NCBI GenBank assembly: GCA_963735035.1
Contig: CAVTJJ010000006.1
Location: 1-64,000 of the forward strand
Length of the DNA stretch: 64,000 bases
DNA from: an uncultured candidate division Zixibacteria bacterium
Lineage (GTDB): Bacteria > Zixibacteria > MSB-5A5 > GN15 > FEB-12
Direction of reading: 5' to 3'
Below are positions 28,556-38,815 of the stretch, piece after piece. Made by a program: the position numbers and the translations under genes. Positions within the stretch are counted from its first letter, which is position 1, and every line of letters starts with the position of its first letter. The notes beneath the pieces are model-generated. The model was not told the origin of the DNA. It worked only from the letters and a program-made list of their open reading frames with translations, and made no database searches.

Positions 28556-28714
28556 CTACACCTCTTGGGCGAACTCTTCCTTTGAGGCGCCACAGTCCGG
28601 GCAGGCGAAATCTTCGGGAAGGTCCTCAAACGGTGTTCCCAGTTCGACATCCGGTTCTGACATTTCCTCGCCGGGATCGTACACCCAGCCGCAAATACTG
28701 CAGACATATCTCAT
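28556..28714 (-). CDS. Rubredoxin (52 aa, absent from the ORF track)
   Basis: Hand translation: [52 protein letters not shown]. Confidence 0.93.
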   Translation of the reverse strand: MRYVCSICGWVYDPGEEMSEPDVELGTPFEDLPEDFACPDCGASKEEFAQEV

Positions 28715-28853
28715 TGTCGCGCCCTTTCACTACGTTAGAAATATAAGCAGCCACTCAGGGCAAAAGTTCCCGACATTGTTTCGCCGTCTTCGCTTCGGCG
28801 ATAGACCAGTAATTACCCGAAGAGCCGGTCACTGAACCGGGGCGTTTAGCCGC

Positions 28854-29690
28854 TCAGTCAGCCTGCAATTTGACGAAAAACTGCTCGGCATGGATCTGCC
28901 CTGGTGTCTTGGTAGAATGAGTGGTAAAGCCCTCCTGATTCAGAATCTTCGTCATCTCATCTATCATGAACGGATTCCCGCATAGGAAGACGTGCGTGTC
29001 CGAAGGTTTCGGGCGGGAACCCCAGGCTTTTTCGAGGATACCGTCAGTCCAGAGTTTCTGGACGAACCCGGTTTGCCCTTTCCAGGGCATGATTTCTTCG
29101 TGGGCATGGCTAAGGGTAGGCACATACAGGAATGTCTTGCTTACCGCGGCCAAAGTGGTCAATTCGGAATGATAGCCCAGGTCATAGGAATGGTAAGCTC
29201 CGTGAAAGACCGCGAAGCGGCGGCGAAGGCCCTCGGCCAATTCGGTCCTGATCATGCTCATATACGGCGCCACACCGGTACCGGTGGCAATTAGCACGGC
29301 GTTGTATTCCGGGGGAACTTCACCCAGCGTGAACATCCCACGGAATCGCTCAGAAATCCAGAGCCGGTCGCCGGCTCGAAGGTCAAATAGTCGAGGGGAG
29401 AGGGAGCCGCTTTTGACCAGGCCGACATACAATTCCAAGTACTCACGGGCTATCGACGACGAAGCTATCGAGTAGGCCCGCATGACCATCTTGGACGGAT
29501 CGTCCGGCTTCCGCTCTTCAGGGTCGGCGTCAACGCAGCGGGGAGCGGTCCCCGGCAGGCCCAGGGTTGCATATTGTCCGGGGTGAAATTCCGGAAGTTC
29601 CCAGCCGTCCGGGACAACCCGAAGCTTAATGAGTTCGGGAGTGACTTCGATTCGCTGGGTAACTATGGTATTAAGTTTCTTTTCTGCCAT
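28854..29690 (-). CDS. fpr: Ferredoxin/flavodoxin-NADP+ reductase
   Basis: PGQY, RAYSIASS, IATGTGVAPYMSM, LCGNPFMI. Confidence 0.9.
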   Translation of the reverse strand: MAEKKLNTIVTQRIEVTPELIKLRVVPDGWELPEFHPGQYATLGLPGTAPRCVDADPEERKPDDPSKMVMRAYSIASSSIAREYLELYVGLVKSGSLSPRLFDLRAGDRLWISERFRGMFTLGEVPPEYNAVLIATGTGVAPYMSMIRTELAEGLRRRFAVFHGAYHSYDLGYHSELTTLAAVSKTFLYVPTLSHAHEEIMPWKGQTGFVQKLWTDGILEKAWGSRPKPSDTHVFLCGNPFMIDEMTKILNQEGFTTHSTKTPGQIHAEQFFVKLQAD

Positions 29691-29750
29691 GTCTCTTGGG
29701 TCGCGTTAATCTTTCAGATACTTGTTTGGATTCGAGTGGGCGGCACTCGG

Positions 29751-30242
29751 TTAGTCTTCCATGGAAGTCCATTCAGCGTCGGCCAGCCACTGTCTGGGGC
29801 TGTCGAGGAACTGAATCACGTGTTCAATTGCGGTCCAGTGGCGGGTTTCCTCGTCGGCGATCCGATTCCAGATTTGTTTCTGCTTTTCGTCTTTGAGTCC
29901 GAGGGCGGTCTCACGGTAGAAATCTTCCGATTTCTTCTCTACGTCAAGCGCAATTTCCCACATTTTACGGGCATCCACGGGGAACGCGAAATCACGGTTC
30001 TGGTCGCGCATTTTCTCGAAAACGTTGCGGGCGGTGCTCAATATAGTAGTCACATCGGACTCGCGGTATTCCGCCTGATGATGCTTCTGCATGGCCTCGA
30101 ACAGCTTGTAGTGCTTAAGTTCGTCTTCGGCCAGTTCCTGCAATATCCTCTTAAGGGCGGGCTCGCTCACTTTCCCGGCATGTTCGAGATAGAAGGCCCG
30201 GCCATCCTGTTCCATTTTCATGGCGTGTTCAAATACGTTCAT
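29751..30242 (-). CDS. Ferritin-like (rubrerythrin diiron domain) protein
   Basis: AMKME....FY, EDELKH, ALDVE..SE.FY, DEETRH. Confidence 0.85.
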   Translation of the reverse strand: MNVFEHAMKMEQDGRAFYLEHAGKVSEPALKRILQELAEDELKHYKLFEAMQKHHQAEYRESDVTTILSTARNVFEKMRDQNRDFAFPVDARKMWEIALDVEKKSEDFYRETALGLKDEKQKQIWNRIADEETRHWTAIEHVIQFLDSPRQWLADAEWTSMED

Positions 30243-30290
30243 CACATTCTCCAATTCAACGTCGGTTGTCGTTCTGCCTCGTCATACTAG

Positions 30291-30806
30291 TTATACGGCC
30301 GGAGCCGCCGGAGGGACAAAAGTCCTCAGGGCCAGTTCACGGTCGAGCTGAAATAGGGCGGCCTTGTTATCTCCCATCATCTTGAGTTGCTGGATAATTT
30401 TGCGGGCCGACGCTTCTTCTTCGACCTGCTCGTTCACAAACCATTCCAGAAATATCTGGGCGGCGTGGTCTTTTTCGGCCTGAGAGATATCGACCAGATT
30501 GTAGATCAATGCCGTCACTTTCTGCTCGTGCTTGTAGGACGTCTCGAATACATCGAGCGGTCCCTTCCACTCCGACTCGGGTGCGCCGATAGCCTTGATG
30601 ATCGACCGGCCGTCACGCGCGATCACATACTCGAAGAATCTGTTGCCGTGGACCAGTTCTTCCTGGTACTGGACCCGCATCCAGTTGGCGAATCCGGGCA
30701 GATCTATAGATTCGAGGTAGGCGGCCATCGACAGATACAGATGGGCCGAGTAGAATTCGGCGGCTATCTGTTCGTTTATCGCATCCTGCATCTTCTTGCT
30801 AATCAT
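30291..30806 (-). CDS. ftnA: Non-heme ferritin
   Basis: EFYSAHLYLSM, EELVH, HEQKVT, WFVNEQVEEE. Confidence 0.92.
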   Translation of the reverse strand: MISKKMQDAINEQIAAEFYSAHLYLSMAAYLESIDLPGFANWMRVQYQEELVHGNRFFEYVIARDGRSIIKAIGAPESEWKGPLDVFETSYKHEQKVTALIYNLVDISQAEKDHAAQIFLEWFVNEQVEEEASARKIIQQLKMMGDNKAALFQLDRELALRTFVPPAAPAV

Positions 30807-30809
30807 GAC

Positions 30810-31187
30810 TTATCCTTTCCACAATCCGTGGAGGTTACAGAACTCTCGCGCGGAAACCTGATCGGCGTGGATCATGAAGGTCGCTTCGGGCGGCTGACCT
30901 GGTTTGAGAAACTCGCGATAGGCCCGGCCGTCGGCCACCAGCTCGATCCACTCGATGAAGTGTTTCTCTTCCATCGGGTGATTCACTTCACCGATTACAA
31001 CTTTGAAGCCGTTATCGATCTTCTTTACTACCGGGACATGCTTCTCGACGGCAGCGTCGGTTTCGCCTTCCTTCAAAGCCGTCATATTCTGACCGCAGCA
31101 AACCAGCGTTCCTCCGGAGGCGTGAACTACCTCCACCATGTTTCCACACACTTTGCATTTGTATACTTGAAGTCTTTGCGTAGCCAT
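30810..31187 (-). CDS. dfx: Desulfoferrodoxin (2Fe superoxide reductase)
   Basis: [37 protein letters not shown]. Confidence 0.95.
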   Translation of the reverse strand: MATQRLQVYKCKVCGNMVEVVHASGGTLVCCGQNMTALKEGETDAAVEKHVPVVKKIDNGFKVVIGEVNHPMEEKHFIEWIELVADGRAYREFLKPGQPPEATFMIHADQVSAREFCNLHGLWKG

Positions 31188-31240
31188 CGTCATTTCTCCT
31201 ATTTGACTGAACCGTGATCGTCGCGTGTCTTCCGTCGGCA

Positions 31241-31750
31241 TCAAAAGGGCGCAAAGCCGCCGGTCGACCAATAATCTTCCTTGAGTTCTTCGTGTTGCCG
31301 AAGCAATCCCTGATAGTGACCGGACTCCCAGTCGGCCAGGGACGCAAACATTTTTTTGATGTCCGGGTCGTTGGCCTGCTCGGACTGATTCCGGTAGAAG
31401 GTCATGGCGTCCTTTTCCAGTTGAATCCCGATGGAGAGAGCGGTCATCTCGAAATTGGCGTCTTTGATTCTCGCTTTGAGGCCGTCGGAAAAGATAGGTG
31501 ACATCCCGGTGAGGTCGAAGCGACGTCCCAGAGTCACCGTGGTCGACGGTTTCCCTGTGAGGACCAGGGCATCGTACTGGGCCCGTAGGAACCGAGCGTG
31601 ATCGAGCTCTTCGGCGGCCAGCATTTGAAAGACTTCCTTACCTTTGGTGTCTTTGGTGCTATTGGCTGCCATCAGATAGAAATTATGCCCGTACTGCTCG
31701 GCTTTGTAGGCGTCGAGCAATCCTTGAGCGAGAGCTTTGTTCTTTTCCAT
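31241..31750 (-). CDS. Ferritin-like (rubrerythrin diiron domain) protein
   Basis: AE..G..FY, EELDH, LEKDA..FY, WESGH. Confidence 0.85.
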   Translation of the reverse strand: MEKNKALAQGLLDAYKAEQYGHNFYLMAANSTKDTKGKEVFQMLAAEELDHARFLRAQYDALVLTGKPSTTVTLGRRFDLTGMSPIFSDGLKARIKDANFEMTALSIGIQLEKDAMTFYRNQSEQANDPDIKKMFASLADWESGHYQGLLRQHEELKEDYWSTGGFAPF

Positions 31751-31761
31751 AGTTGGGGCTC

Positions 31762-32265
31762 CTAATACTCCAGAGAAAATTCCTGAAAGTCGAAGAATGT
31801 GCCGCTGCGAGTCAGATAGTCGATCTCCGCCTGGACAATCGCCTGGTGGCCTTCTTCGATTTCGATGAACCTGCCAAACAGCTCACCGTCAGACTTCAAC
31901 TGGGCAACCATCTTCCGGTAGAAGTTGGATGTTTCCTCTTCCAGAGCCAGTGCTTTGCGCAACATCTCCATTTCGGTGCCGAAGTCACGAGGCGCCAGAT
32001 GAGCGTCGAGCTTCTTGACACCGGCATCGATGATCTTTTTAGCCGGGACAACTGTCTCGAGCTTCGCGTCCTTCACCTTGCCGGATTGTCGCCATTCAGC
32101 CAGCTTGGCTTCCAGAAAGTCAATATGGCCCTGCTCTTCTTTGCCCAGGACCGAGAAAACCCGTCGGCCAGTCTCGTCACGGATATTGTCGAGCGAGCCG
32201 AGATACAAATCGCGCACCTTGATTTCGTAGTTGATCGCCGTCTTGATGGCTTCTTCGAGAGTCAT
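31762..32265 (-). CDS. Ferritin-like (rubrerythrin diiron domain) protein
   Basis: AINYE....LY, EEQGH, ALEE....FY, IEEGH. Confidence 0.85.
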   Translation of the reverse strand: MTLEEAIKTAINYEIKVRDLYLGSLDNIRDETGRRVFSVLGKEEQGHIDFLEAKLAEWRQSGKVKDAKLETVVPAKKIIDAGVKKLDAHLAPRDFGTEMEMLRKALALEEETSNFYRKMVAQLKSDGELFGRFIEIEEGHQAIVQAEIDYLTRSGTFFDFQEFSLEY

Positions 32266-32328
32266 TCATTCCTCCGGAACAGTTACAGCTTTGAGTCGGC
32301 CGACCAGCGCCGGCCGACTCGATCATTT

Positions 32329-32916
32329 TCAAGCGTGTTGGGCCAAATACTCGGCCACACCGTCGGCGGTCGGCTTCATCGCATCGTCGCCGGAACGCCA
32401 GTTGGCCGGACATACGTCGCCGTGTTTCTCGGTGAACTGCAGCGCGTCGAGCATCCGCAACGCTTCATCCACGTTGCGCCCCAGCGGCAGATCATTGATA
32501 ACAGCATGGCGGATTATGCCTTCTTTGTCAATGAGGAAAAGGCCGCGCAGCGCCACCGATTCGTTGATGAGCACGCCGTATTCGCGCGCTATACTCTTAG
32601 TGAGATCGGCGACCAGCGGGTAGTTGATCTGGCCTATGCCACCGTCTTTCGGTTCGGTATTCTTCCAGGCCCAGTGGGTGAAGTGCGAGTCCACCGATAC
32701 GCCTATTATTTCCGCACCCCGCGCATGAAACTCGGGCAGAGCCTTGTTAAAGGCGATAATCTCCGACGGACATACGAACGTGAAATCCAGCGGATAAAAG
32801 AATAGAATCACATACTTGTCGCGATAATCGGACAGTTTTAGTTCCACAAACGAGTTGTCCGGCATTACTGCTTGAGCCTTGAAGTCGGGCGCCGGTTTGG
32901 TTACTAAGTAAGACAT
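32329..32916 (-). CDS. ahpC: 2-Cys peroxiredoxin
   Basis: [25 protein letters not shown]. Confidence 0.95.
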   Translation of the reverse strand: MSYLVTKPAPDFKAQAVMPDNSFVELKLSDYRDKYVILFFYPLDFTFVCPSEIIAFNKALPEFHARGAEIIGVSVDSHFTHWAWKNTEPKDGGIGQINYPLVADLTKSIAREYGVLINESVALRGLFLIDKEGIIRHAVINDLPLGRNVDEALRMLDALQFTEKHGDVCPANWRSGDDAMKPTADGVAEYLAQHA

Positions 32917-32984
32917 GCTATCTCCTGTCTTGTTTCTGGTTATTCACATTAAGCGTTATTTGGCTAATTGTTCAAATTCGAGCT

Positions 32985-33386
32985 CTAGGACGTTAAGCCC
33001 TCTTTCATCCGGCAGTCCGGACAGATCCCCTCAAACTCAACCGTCGGTTCGCCAAAGAGCCAGCCGGAGGAGTTTGCCACTTCGCCATTGAGTTGGACTC
33101 CAAGCGATCCTGCCACATCGTCTATGCGACCACAGATACGGCAGCGCAGGTGGTAGTGAGTCTCAGTAACTCCATCGAAACGGGATTCTTGTCCTGCTCC
33201 ACCCAGCCTTCGGACATCGCCGGTCTCTGTAAGCAATTCCAGGTTGCGATAGACGGTCCCAAGACTGATGTGTGGCAGTCGGTCGCGCACCGCATCGTAC
33301 AACTCGGCGGCGGTCCGGTGACTCCGCGAGCTACGGATTTCTTCCAGAAGAATCCGTTTCTGAGTTGTGTTGCGGCGAGCGATCAT
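32985..33386 (-). CDS. Fur-family regulator, PerR-like by context
   Basis: H.TA.ELY, ISLGTVYRNL, HYHLRCRICG, GICPDC. Confidence 0.9.
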   Translation of the reverse strand: MIARRNTTQKRILLEEIRSSRSHRTAAELYDAVRDRLPHISLGTVYRNLELLTETGDVRRLGGAGQESRFDGVTETHYHLRCRICGRIDDVAGSLGVQLNGEVANSSGWLFGEPTVEFEGICPDCRMKEGLTS

Positions 33387-33406
33387 ATAAGACCAATCTT
33401 GTCCGT

Positions 33407-33428
33407 ATTAGTTATCATTATCACTAAT
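33407..33428. promoter_or_regulatory. Fur/PerR-type operator upstream of the regulator
   Basis: ATTAGT-TATCATTATC-ACTAAT inverted repeat; minus strand reads GATAATGATAAC. Confidence 0.7.
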
Positions 33429-33526
33429 CGCTTACAACCGGGAAGGGTGGTTCTGGGTTCCTGAATTCAACGTGAAAACTCACCAATTTCGTATTCGATT
33501 GGCAGGGAAGAGCTTGGCGATAATGG

Positions 33527-33554
33527 TTGACATGTCGACGGGTGGTGTTATAAT
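33527..33554 (+). promoter_or_regulatory. Consensus sigma70 promoter TTGACA-N16-TATAAT
   Basis: Both hexamers perfect, with TGn extension. Confidence 0.75.
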
Positions 33555-33849
33555 TGAAGAGTTGGATTTAGACAGACAGAAGTTGTGGTCCACTTGTCCT
33601 CACCGTATGTGGTCTCGTCCATGTTTAAGAAAACTGAAGATATCAAATGACAGGATGCGTCTGCCTGGAGAGTTCTGCTCAGTTGGACCACCTGAAAATG
33701 TCTCGCCGATTTCCCTCCCGGCTCGATCAGGTGAGTGTTGATATTACTGTGTGGTGACACAACCTTGCTAGTGGTTTACATTCTTGCTACCGGTAGGAAT
33801 ACGACCAGTAGTTATCGAAGCGTGAAGCTTCAGCGAAGGATTTTTTCGT

Positions 33850-36267
33850 ATGCCGACGATTCGATTGGTGACATCAGGACAATCCCTGTGGATCGTGTTG
33901 TTCCTTCTGATAATCGCGATCGCTCCCGATCTGGGAGCGCGCGAGGCCGACGTTTTTCTTCAGAGCAATGCTGTTGTGATCGACAAGGCTTCTCCGGTCG
34001 TGGCTCAAAATACGCTCGATTATCTGAGAGGACGTGATTCGGTCACAGCTTCAGTCTGGGTCTTCTTTCGCGATAAAGGTATTCGCACGGCTGCCGCATT
34101 CGATTCGGCCTCGGCTGCGCTATTCATAACGGAACGAGCCGAGAATCGTCGTCGCCACCGAGCTACCGGAGGTCGGCTGTTTGCCGACCTGCCGATTTTT
34201 CAGCGCTACGTCGATAAGATAGTCAACCTGGGAGCCACACACCGGCGCTCGTCCCGATGGCTCAACGCCGCATCTTTCGATCTTCCGATGAATTTGCTTG
34301 AGACAGTGGCTTCATTACCGGAAGTTGCCGAGATCAAGCCGATTGCCGGCTTTCGCCTGCCAGAAGAGATAGAGTCAAATCTGAGGTTAACACCGCCAGA
34401 TCAAGCCCAGTCGGCCGAGGCACTCAACTACGGCCCGTCGCAGACTCAGGACTACCAGATCGGAGTACCGATCGCCCATAATCGGGGTCTGATCGGAAAA
34501 GGGGTCACGCTAACCATGACCGATACCGGGTTTCGCAAGACCCATTCGGCATTTACCAATGCCATTTCCGAGGGGCGAGTGCTAGCTGAGTATGATTTCG
34601 TAATGAACGACGGGAATACATCGCAACAACCCGGCGACCCCTCCAACCAGTGGAGCCACGGTACTCTCACCTGGTCGGTAGCGGGTGGATACTCTTCCGG
34701 ACAAGTCATAGGTCCGGCCTATGGCGCTAACTTCATTCTTTGCAAGACCGAGAACGTAGCCAGCGAAACCCCCATCGAAGAAGACAACTGGGTGGCGGCG
34801 CTTGAATTTGCGGATTCGGTTGGCACCGATGTCATCTCTACTTCGCTCGGCTACTCCGATTGGTACACCTACGCGGACATGAACGGCCAGACTGCGGTCA
34901 TCACTATAGCTGCGAACACTTGCGATGCCCTGGGGATAGTCCTGGCCGTTTCGGCCGGCAACAACGGTTCGCAACCCGGGACCATCTCGGCTCCGGCCGA
35001 CGCTTTCAATGTACTGGCAGTCGGGGCGGTTGACGCCACTGGGCGAATCGCCGCCTTTTCATCACGAGGGCCGACCTATGACGGTCGCATCAAGCCGGAA
35101 ATTTGCGCTATGGGTGTGGATACTTACGGAGCGTCGTCCACCAATGATAACATGTATACCTACGCTTCCGGTACGTCGCTGTCGGCCCCGCTTATAGCCG
35201 GAGCAGCCTGTCTGATGATAGAAGCTCGCCCCGATCTTACTCCAGCTCAAGTTCGACAAGCTTTGCAGGCAACTGCGTCACAGAGTGCCAGCCCTGACAA
35301 CGCTTACGGCTGGGGCGTTGCCGATCTCGGCAAAGCGCTCAACTGGCCGGTGTCATTCGTTTCCGACACAACTCAGGGGCCGGTTCCTCTTGAGGTCAAC
35401 TTAACCAACCAGTCATGGCTTTCGGCTGTCAGTCAGACCTGGGATTTTGGTGACGGCACGACTTCAGATGCCGTCGCAGGACATCATGTTTACAGCAGTC
35501 CCGGCCTTTACAACGTATCCTTGACCATTAGCACCGACGAGGGCCCGTTTACGGGTACGATAAGCGGCATGATTCGCACCCATTCCGATACCCTCTCGGT
35601 AGGTGAGGTGGCGTCGGACCCCGGATCTAAAGTGCGGGTCGATGTCTACGCGCGAAACTTTCTTCCCATCGAGATGATCGAAATCCCTTTTTCGTGGGAT
35701 GGCACGCTCGATATCACATATGATTCGTTTTCGACCGCCGGCCTAAGAACTTCCTATTTCTCCAGCCAAAGTCTGATAAGCCTGGTGTTGTCTCAGAAGC
35801 GGGCGACTCTGCTCCTAAGGACTTCCGGTTCTGTGTCGCAGCCGAGCCTGGAGCCGGGGAGTGGCCCGGTAATCAGTCTGTACTTTACCGTTCCGTATGG
35901 CCCCACTACCGGATCGAATCCGATCAGTCTCGAAAGCTACGGCTCTTACAGTCCGCAATTCAAGTCCGGTGGATACAGCTATAATCCGAGCGCCTTCCCG
36001 GGTCTTATTCGTATGGGCTGTTGCCTCGGTCAGGTCGGAGATGTAAACGGCGTGGATGGGGATGAACCGACCCTGGCCGATATTACCATGCTGATTGATC
36101 ATCTGTTCATCAGCGGCATTGCGCTGCCCTGTGTGACCGAAGCTGATGCTAATCAGTCGGGGGGTCTGACGCCCGTGCTCAACGACATTTCTCTGGGGGA
36201 CGTTTTCGTGTTAATCGACTACCTGTTTATTTCGGGTGGAACCGTGCCCCTTCCACGTTGTCTTTGA
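33850..36267 (+). CDS. Secreted S8 serine peptidase + PKD + cohesin-like + Cys-bounded dockerin-like module
   Basis: DTG, HGT, SAGN, SGTSLSAP; WDFGDG; C-terminal CCLGQVGDVNG...LPRCL. Confidence 0.9.
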   Translation: MPTIRLVTSGQSLWIVLFLLIIAIAPDLGAREADVFLQSNAVVIDKASPVVAQNTLDYLRGRDSVTASVWVFFRDKGIRTAAAFDSASAALFITERAENRRRHRATGGRLFADLPIFQRYVDKIVNLGATHRRSSRWLNAASFDLPMNLLETVASLPEVAEIKPIAGFRLPEEIESNLRLTPPDQAQSAEALNYGPSQTQDYQIGVPIAHNRGLIGKGVTLTMTDTGFRKTHSAFTNAISEGRVLAEYDFVMNDGNTSQQPGDPSNQWSHGTLTWSVAGGYSSGQVIGPAYGANFILCKTENVASETPIEEDNWVAALEFADSVGTDVISTSLGYSDWYTYADMNGQTAVITIAANTCDALGIVLAVSAGNNGSQPGTISAPADAFNVLAVGAVDATGRIAAFSSRGPTYDGRIKPEICAMGVDTYGASSTNDNMYTYASGTSLSAPLIAGAACLMIEARPDLTPAQVRQALQATASQSASPDNAYGWGVADLGKALNWPVSFVSDTTQGPVPLEVNLTNQSWLSAVSQTWDFGDGTTSDAVAGHHVYSSPGLYNVSLTISTDEGPFTGTISGMIRTHSDTLSVGEVASDPGSKVRVDVYARNFLPIEMIEIPFSWDGTLDITYDSFSTAGLRTSYFSSQSLISLVLSQKRATLLLRTSGSVSQPSLEPGSGPVISLYFTVPYGPTTGSNPISLESYGSYSPQFKSGGYSYNPSAFPGLIRMGCCLGQVGDVNGVDGDEPTLADITMLIDHLFISGIALPCVTEADANQSGGLTPVLNDISLGDVFVLIDYLFISGGTVPLPRCL

Positions 36268-36361
36268 TGTGATGAGTTGATGATAGTGACGCAACCATAG
36301 TACGAACCTTGCCACCGACCCACCGGACCAGACTAACGGTGTGGCGCCGGAGGTTGGCATC

Positions 36362-38668
36362 ATGAAGAACGGTTGGACAACGCATAGTAGGTTTCTTATC
36401 TCGTTAGCGATTTTAGTATCGGCTTGGTCAGTTGTATCGGCCGCCGATGTTCCTCTGGGGACCATGCCTGTCTGGACTACCTCGGAACAAAACGTCGTCT
36501 CCACCGGGATGATCTGGCGCGACTGCAACCGTGACGGCATCATCGATGTCTTCTACTCCAACGGCAATGATATAGCCCGTGCGGCGAACACCGTCTATTT
36601 GTCCAACTCAGGCGGGCTGCCCGCTTCGGCGTCCTGGTCTTCGGCCAATCGAGAATATTCCGGCCACTGCGCGGTGGGGGATATCAACGACGATGGCTTT
36701 CCCGATTTCGTCGTGGCGAACTACCTGGGAACTGGTTTTAGCGATCCCAACCGGAGCGATCTATACATTAACCAGGGGGGACTGCCAGGCACTGCTCCGG
36801 CCTGGTACACACCTGACGAATTCTACTCGTTTTCCTGTGCGCTGGGTGATGTCGACAACGATGGCGATCTGGATGTGGTCTTCGGCACCGGCGAAGGGTA
36901 TTATGCCCACTATCAGCAGAATATAATCTATCGCAATGACAACGGGGCGTTCTCCAACACGGCGCTATGGAGATCTGCCGGTAGTAATGCGGCCGTGGAC
37001 GTGACCTGGGGAGATGTCGATCGCGATGGTGATCTTGACCTGGCCTTTACCGGGGACGCCGCTGCCACCTGTGTCTACTACAACAATAATGGCGTGATTG
37101 AAACCAGTCCGTCGTGGCAGGCTTCCACGAATGAATCCGGGAACACCCTCGTTTTCGGAGATATCAACGGGGACGGCTGGCTGGATCTGGTCGTGGCGTA
37201 TAACAACCAGCTCGACGGTCAGGGGCGTTTCCGCGTATATTTCAACAATGGTGATGGGACACTCAATCCCAATTTTGGCTGGCAGTCGGCGACCGGTGGT
37301 TACGGCTCGGCTTTGGCCCTCTACGATTATGACAACGACGGCGACGATGATCTGGCCGCCGGACGTTGGTTCGAAAGACTCTGGATCTACGAGAACCTCG
37401 GCACGACTCTGACCACCACGCCGGTATGGACCTCGGCTATAGAGATGGTGGCCGAAGAACTCGCCTGGGTGGACATCGACGGTTCAAGTCTGCTTCAACT
37501 GGCCGATACGCTTGTCGGCGACGGCTCCCGCAAACTGTTCTATACTCGCCATCATCCGTTGTATGAGATCGATTCGGTTGTGGTCGATGGCGTGACTCTG
37601 GGATTCAGCGGCTATTGCTATGATCTGGTGTCCGGCTGGCTCTCGTTAGCAGTGGCTCCGACTGAACAGGCGATTTGTTACTACCGCTATTCATTCGCAA
37701 ATGATCTGGCGGTTTGCAACTGGGATACGGTCAACATGGTTTTCCCCAACACAACGCTCCCCTTGGTGAATATTTTCGCTCAAAACAATTTTGGTCCCGT
37801 GCCTCTTGCGGTGCAATTCTCAGACAGCTCATTGAATGCCACCGCGTGGGAGTGGGATTTCGGGGACGGCTTCGGTTCTGTGGAACGTAACCCGATTCAC
37901 GTTTACGAGGAGCCGGGATACCACGACGTTGCTGTTTCAGTCACCACTCCTGAACGGATGCTCCAGCGTACCATCCGTGGCATGGTGCTGGCCTATGCCG
38001 ACACACTCCAGATGCAGCCGGGTGAGCTAGTCGGTCAAAGGGCCCGAGTTGACGTCCGGCTACACAACACGCTGCCATTAAGCGAGATTATCATTCCGTT
38101 TACCTGGGCGGGAAATTTCAATCTGCAGTTCGACTCGATTTCGGTCGCCGGTCTCAGCACCGATTACTTCGATTATCATGCGCTTATCAGCCTGGTCTTG
38201 AGCACGAAATCCGCTACGGTCCGACTAGCGTCCGGCACCAAAGTGCCACTCGCGCCCGGCAACGAGCCTGTGGTCTCGCTTTACTTCACCGACCTGGGTG
38301 CCGAGTCTGCTGGTAGCAGTCCCATAGCGTTCACGGCGTACGGAGCCTACGCTCTTCAGCTGACAACCTACGCCGGCGCCTACAACCCCGAAGCGACCAA
38401 CGGTGTCGTTTTTGTGGATTGCTGTGTCGGTCGAGTCGGCGACGCCAACGGAATTGCCGGTGATGAACCGACCTTAGGCGACGTTATGGTCATGATAGAC
38501 ATGTTGTTTGTGTCTGACACTCCGGTGCCGTGCATGGCCGAATCCGATATCAATCAATCGGGAGGAGTGTACCCGTCTCGCTACGACGTGACGATCGGCG
38601 ACATTACCATGTTGATCGATTACCTCTTCATTACCGGGCCGAGCGTTGGCCTCAACGACTGCCTCTAA
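36362..38668 (+). CDS. Secreted FG-GAP/VCBS repeat protein + PKD + cohesin-like + dockerin-like module
   Basis: Repeated GD(V/I)DxDGDLD; WDFGDG; C-terminal CCVGRVGDANG...LNDCL. Confidence 0.88.
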   Translation: MKNGWTTHSRFLISLAILVSAWSVVSAADVPLGTMPVWTTSEQNVVSTGMIWRDCNRDGIIDVFYSNGNDIARAANTVYLSNSGGLPASASWSSANREYSGHCAVGDINDDGFPDFVVANYLGTGFSDPNRSDLYINQGGLPGTAPAWYTPDEFYSFSCALGDVDNDGDLDVVFGTGEGYYAHYQQNIIYRNDNGAFSNTALWRSAGSNAAVDVTWGDVDRDGDLDLAFTGDAAATCVYYNNNGVIETSPSWQASTNESGNTLVFGDINGDGWLDLVVAYNNQLDGQGRFRVYFNNGDGTLNPNFGWQSATGGYGSALALYDYDNDGDDDLAAGRWFERLWIYENLGTTLTTTPVWTSAIEMVAEELAWVDIDGSSLLQLADTLVGDGSRKLFYTRHHPLYEIDSVVVDGVTLGFSGYCYDLVSGWLSLAVAPTEQAICYYRYSFANDLAVCNWDTVNMVFPNTTLPLVNIFAQNNFGPVPLAVQFSDSSLNATAWEWDFGDGFGSVERNPIHVYEEPGYHDVAVSVTTPERMLQRTIRGMVLAYADTLQMQPGELVGQRARVDVRLHNTLPLSEIIIPFTWAGNFNLQFDSISVAGLSTDYFDYHALISLVLSTKSATVRLASGTKVPLAPGNEPVVSLYFTDLGAESAGSSPIAFTAYGAYALQLTTYAGAYNPEATNGVVFVDCCVGRVGDANGIAGDEPTLGDVMVMIDMLFVSDTPVPCMAESDINQSGGVYPSRYDVTIGDITMLIDYLFITGPSVGLNDCL

Positions 38669-38815
38669 CGAAACTTCAACCAGTCGTTCACTGTTTATTC
38701 AATATTGACAGAGAGAGCGAAAAGCCTTATCTTTGCATAGGCTAAGTATAGTTCCAACAAAGAGTTGTTCGCGATTTCCTCACGATTGCTACGACCGAAT
38801 AGAAAAGGCTTACCC

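Noticed and set aside
25382..32805. Long antisense ORFs (25382-26314, 30387-31217, 31753-32805 and similar)
   Set aside because: Shadows of well-supported opposite-strand genes in GC-rich DNA; no motifs of their own
36298..36312. Sigma54-like sites upstream of the FG-GAP, S8 and degP genes
   Set aside because: Each breaks the invariant GG-N10-GC rule (AG for GG, 11-nt spacing, or GT for GC)
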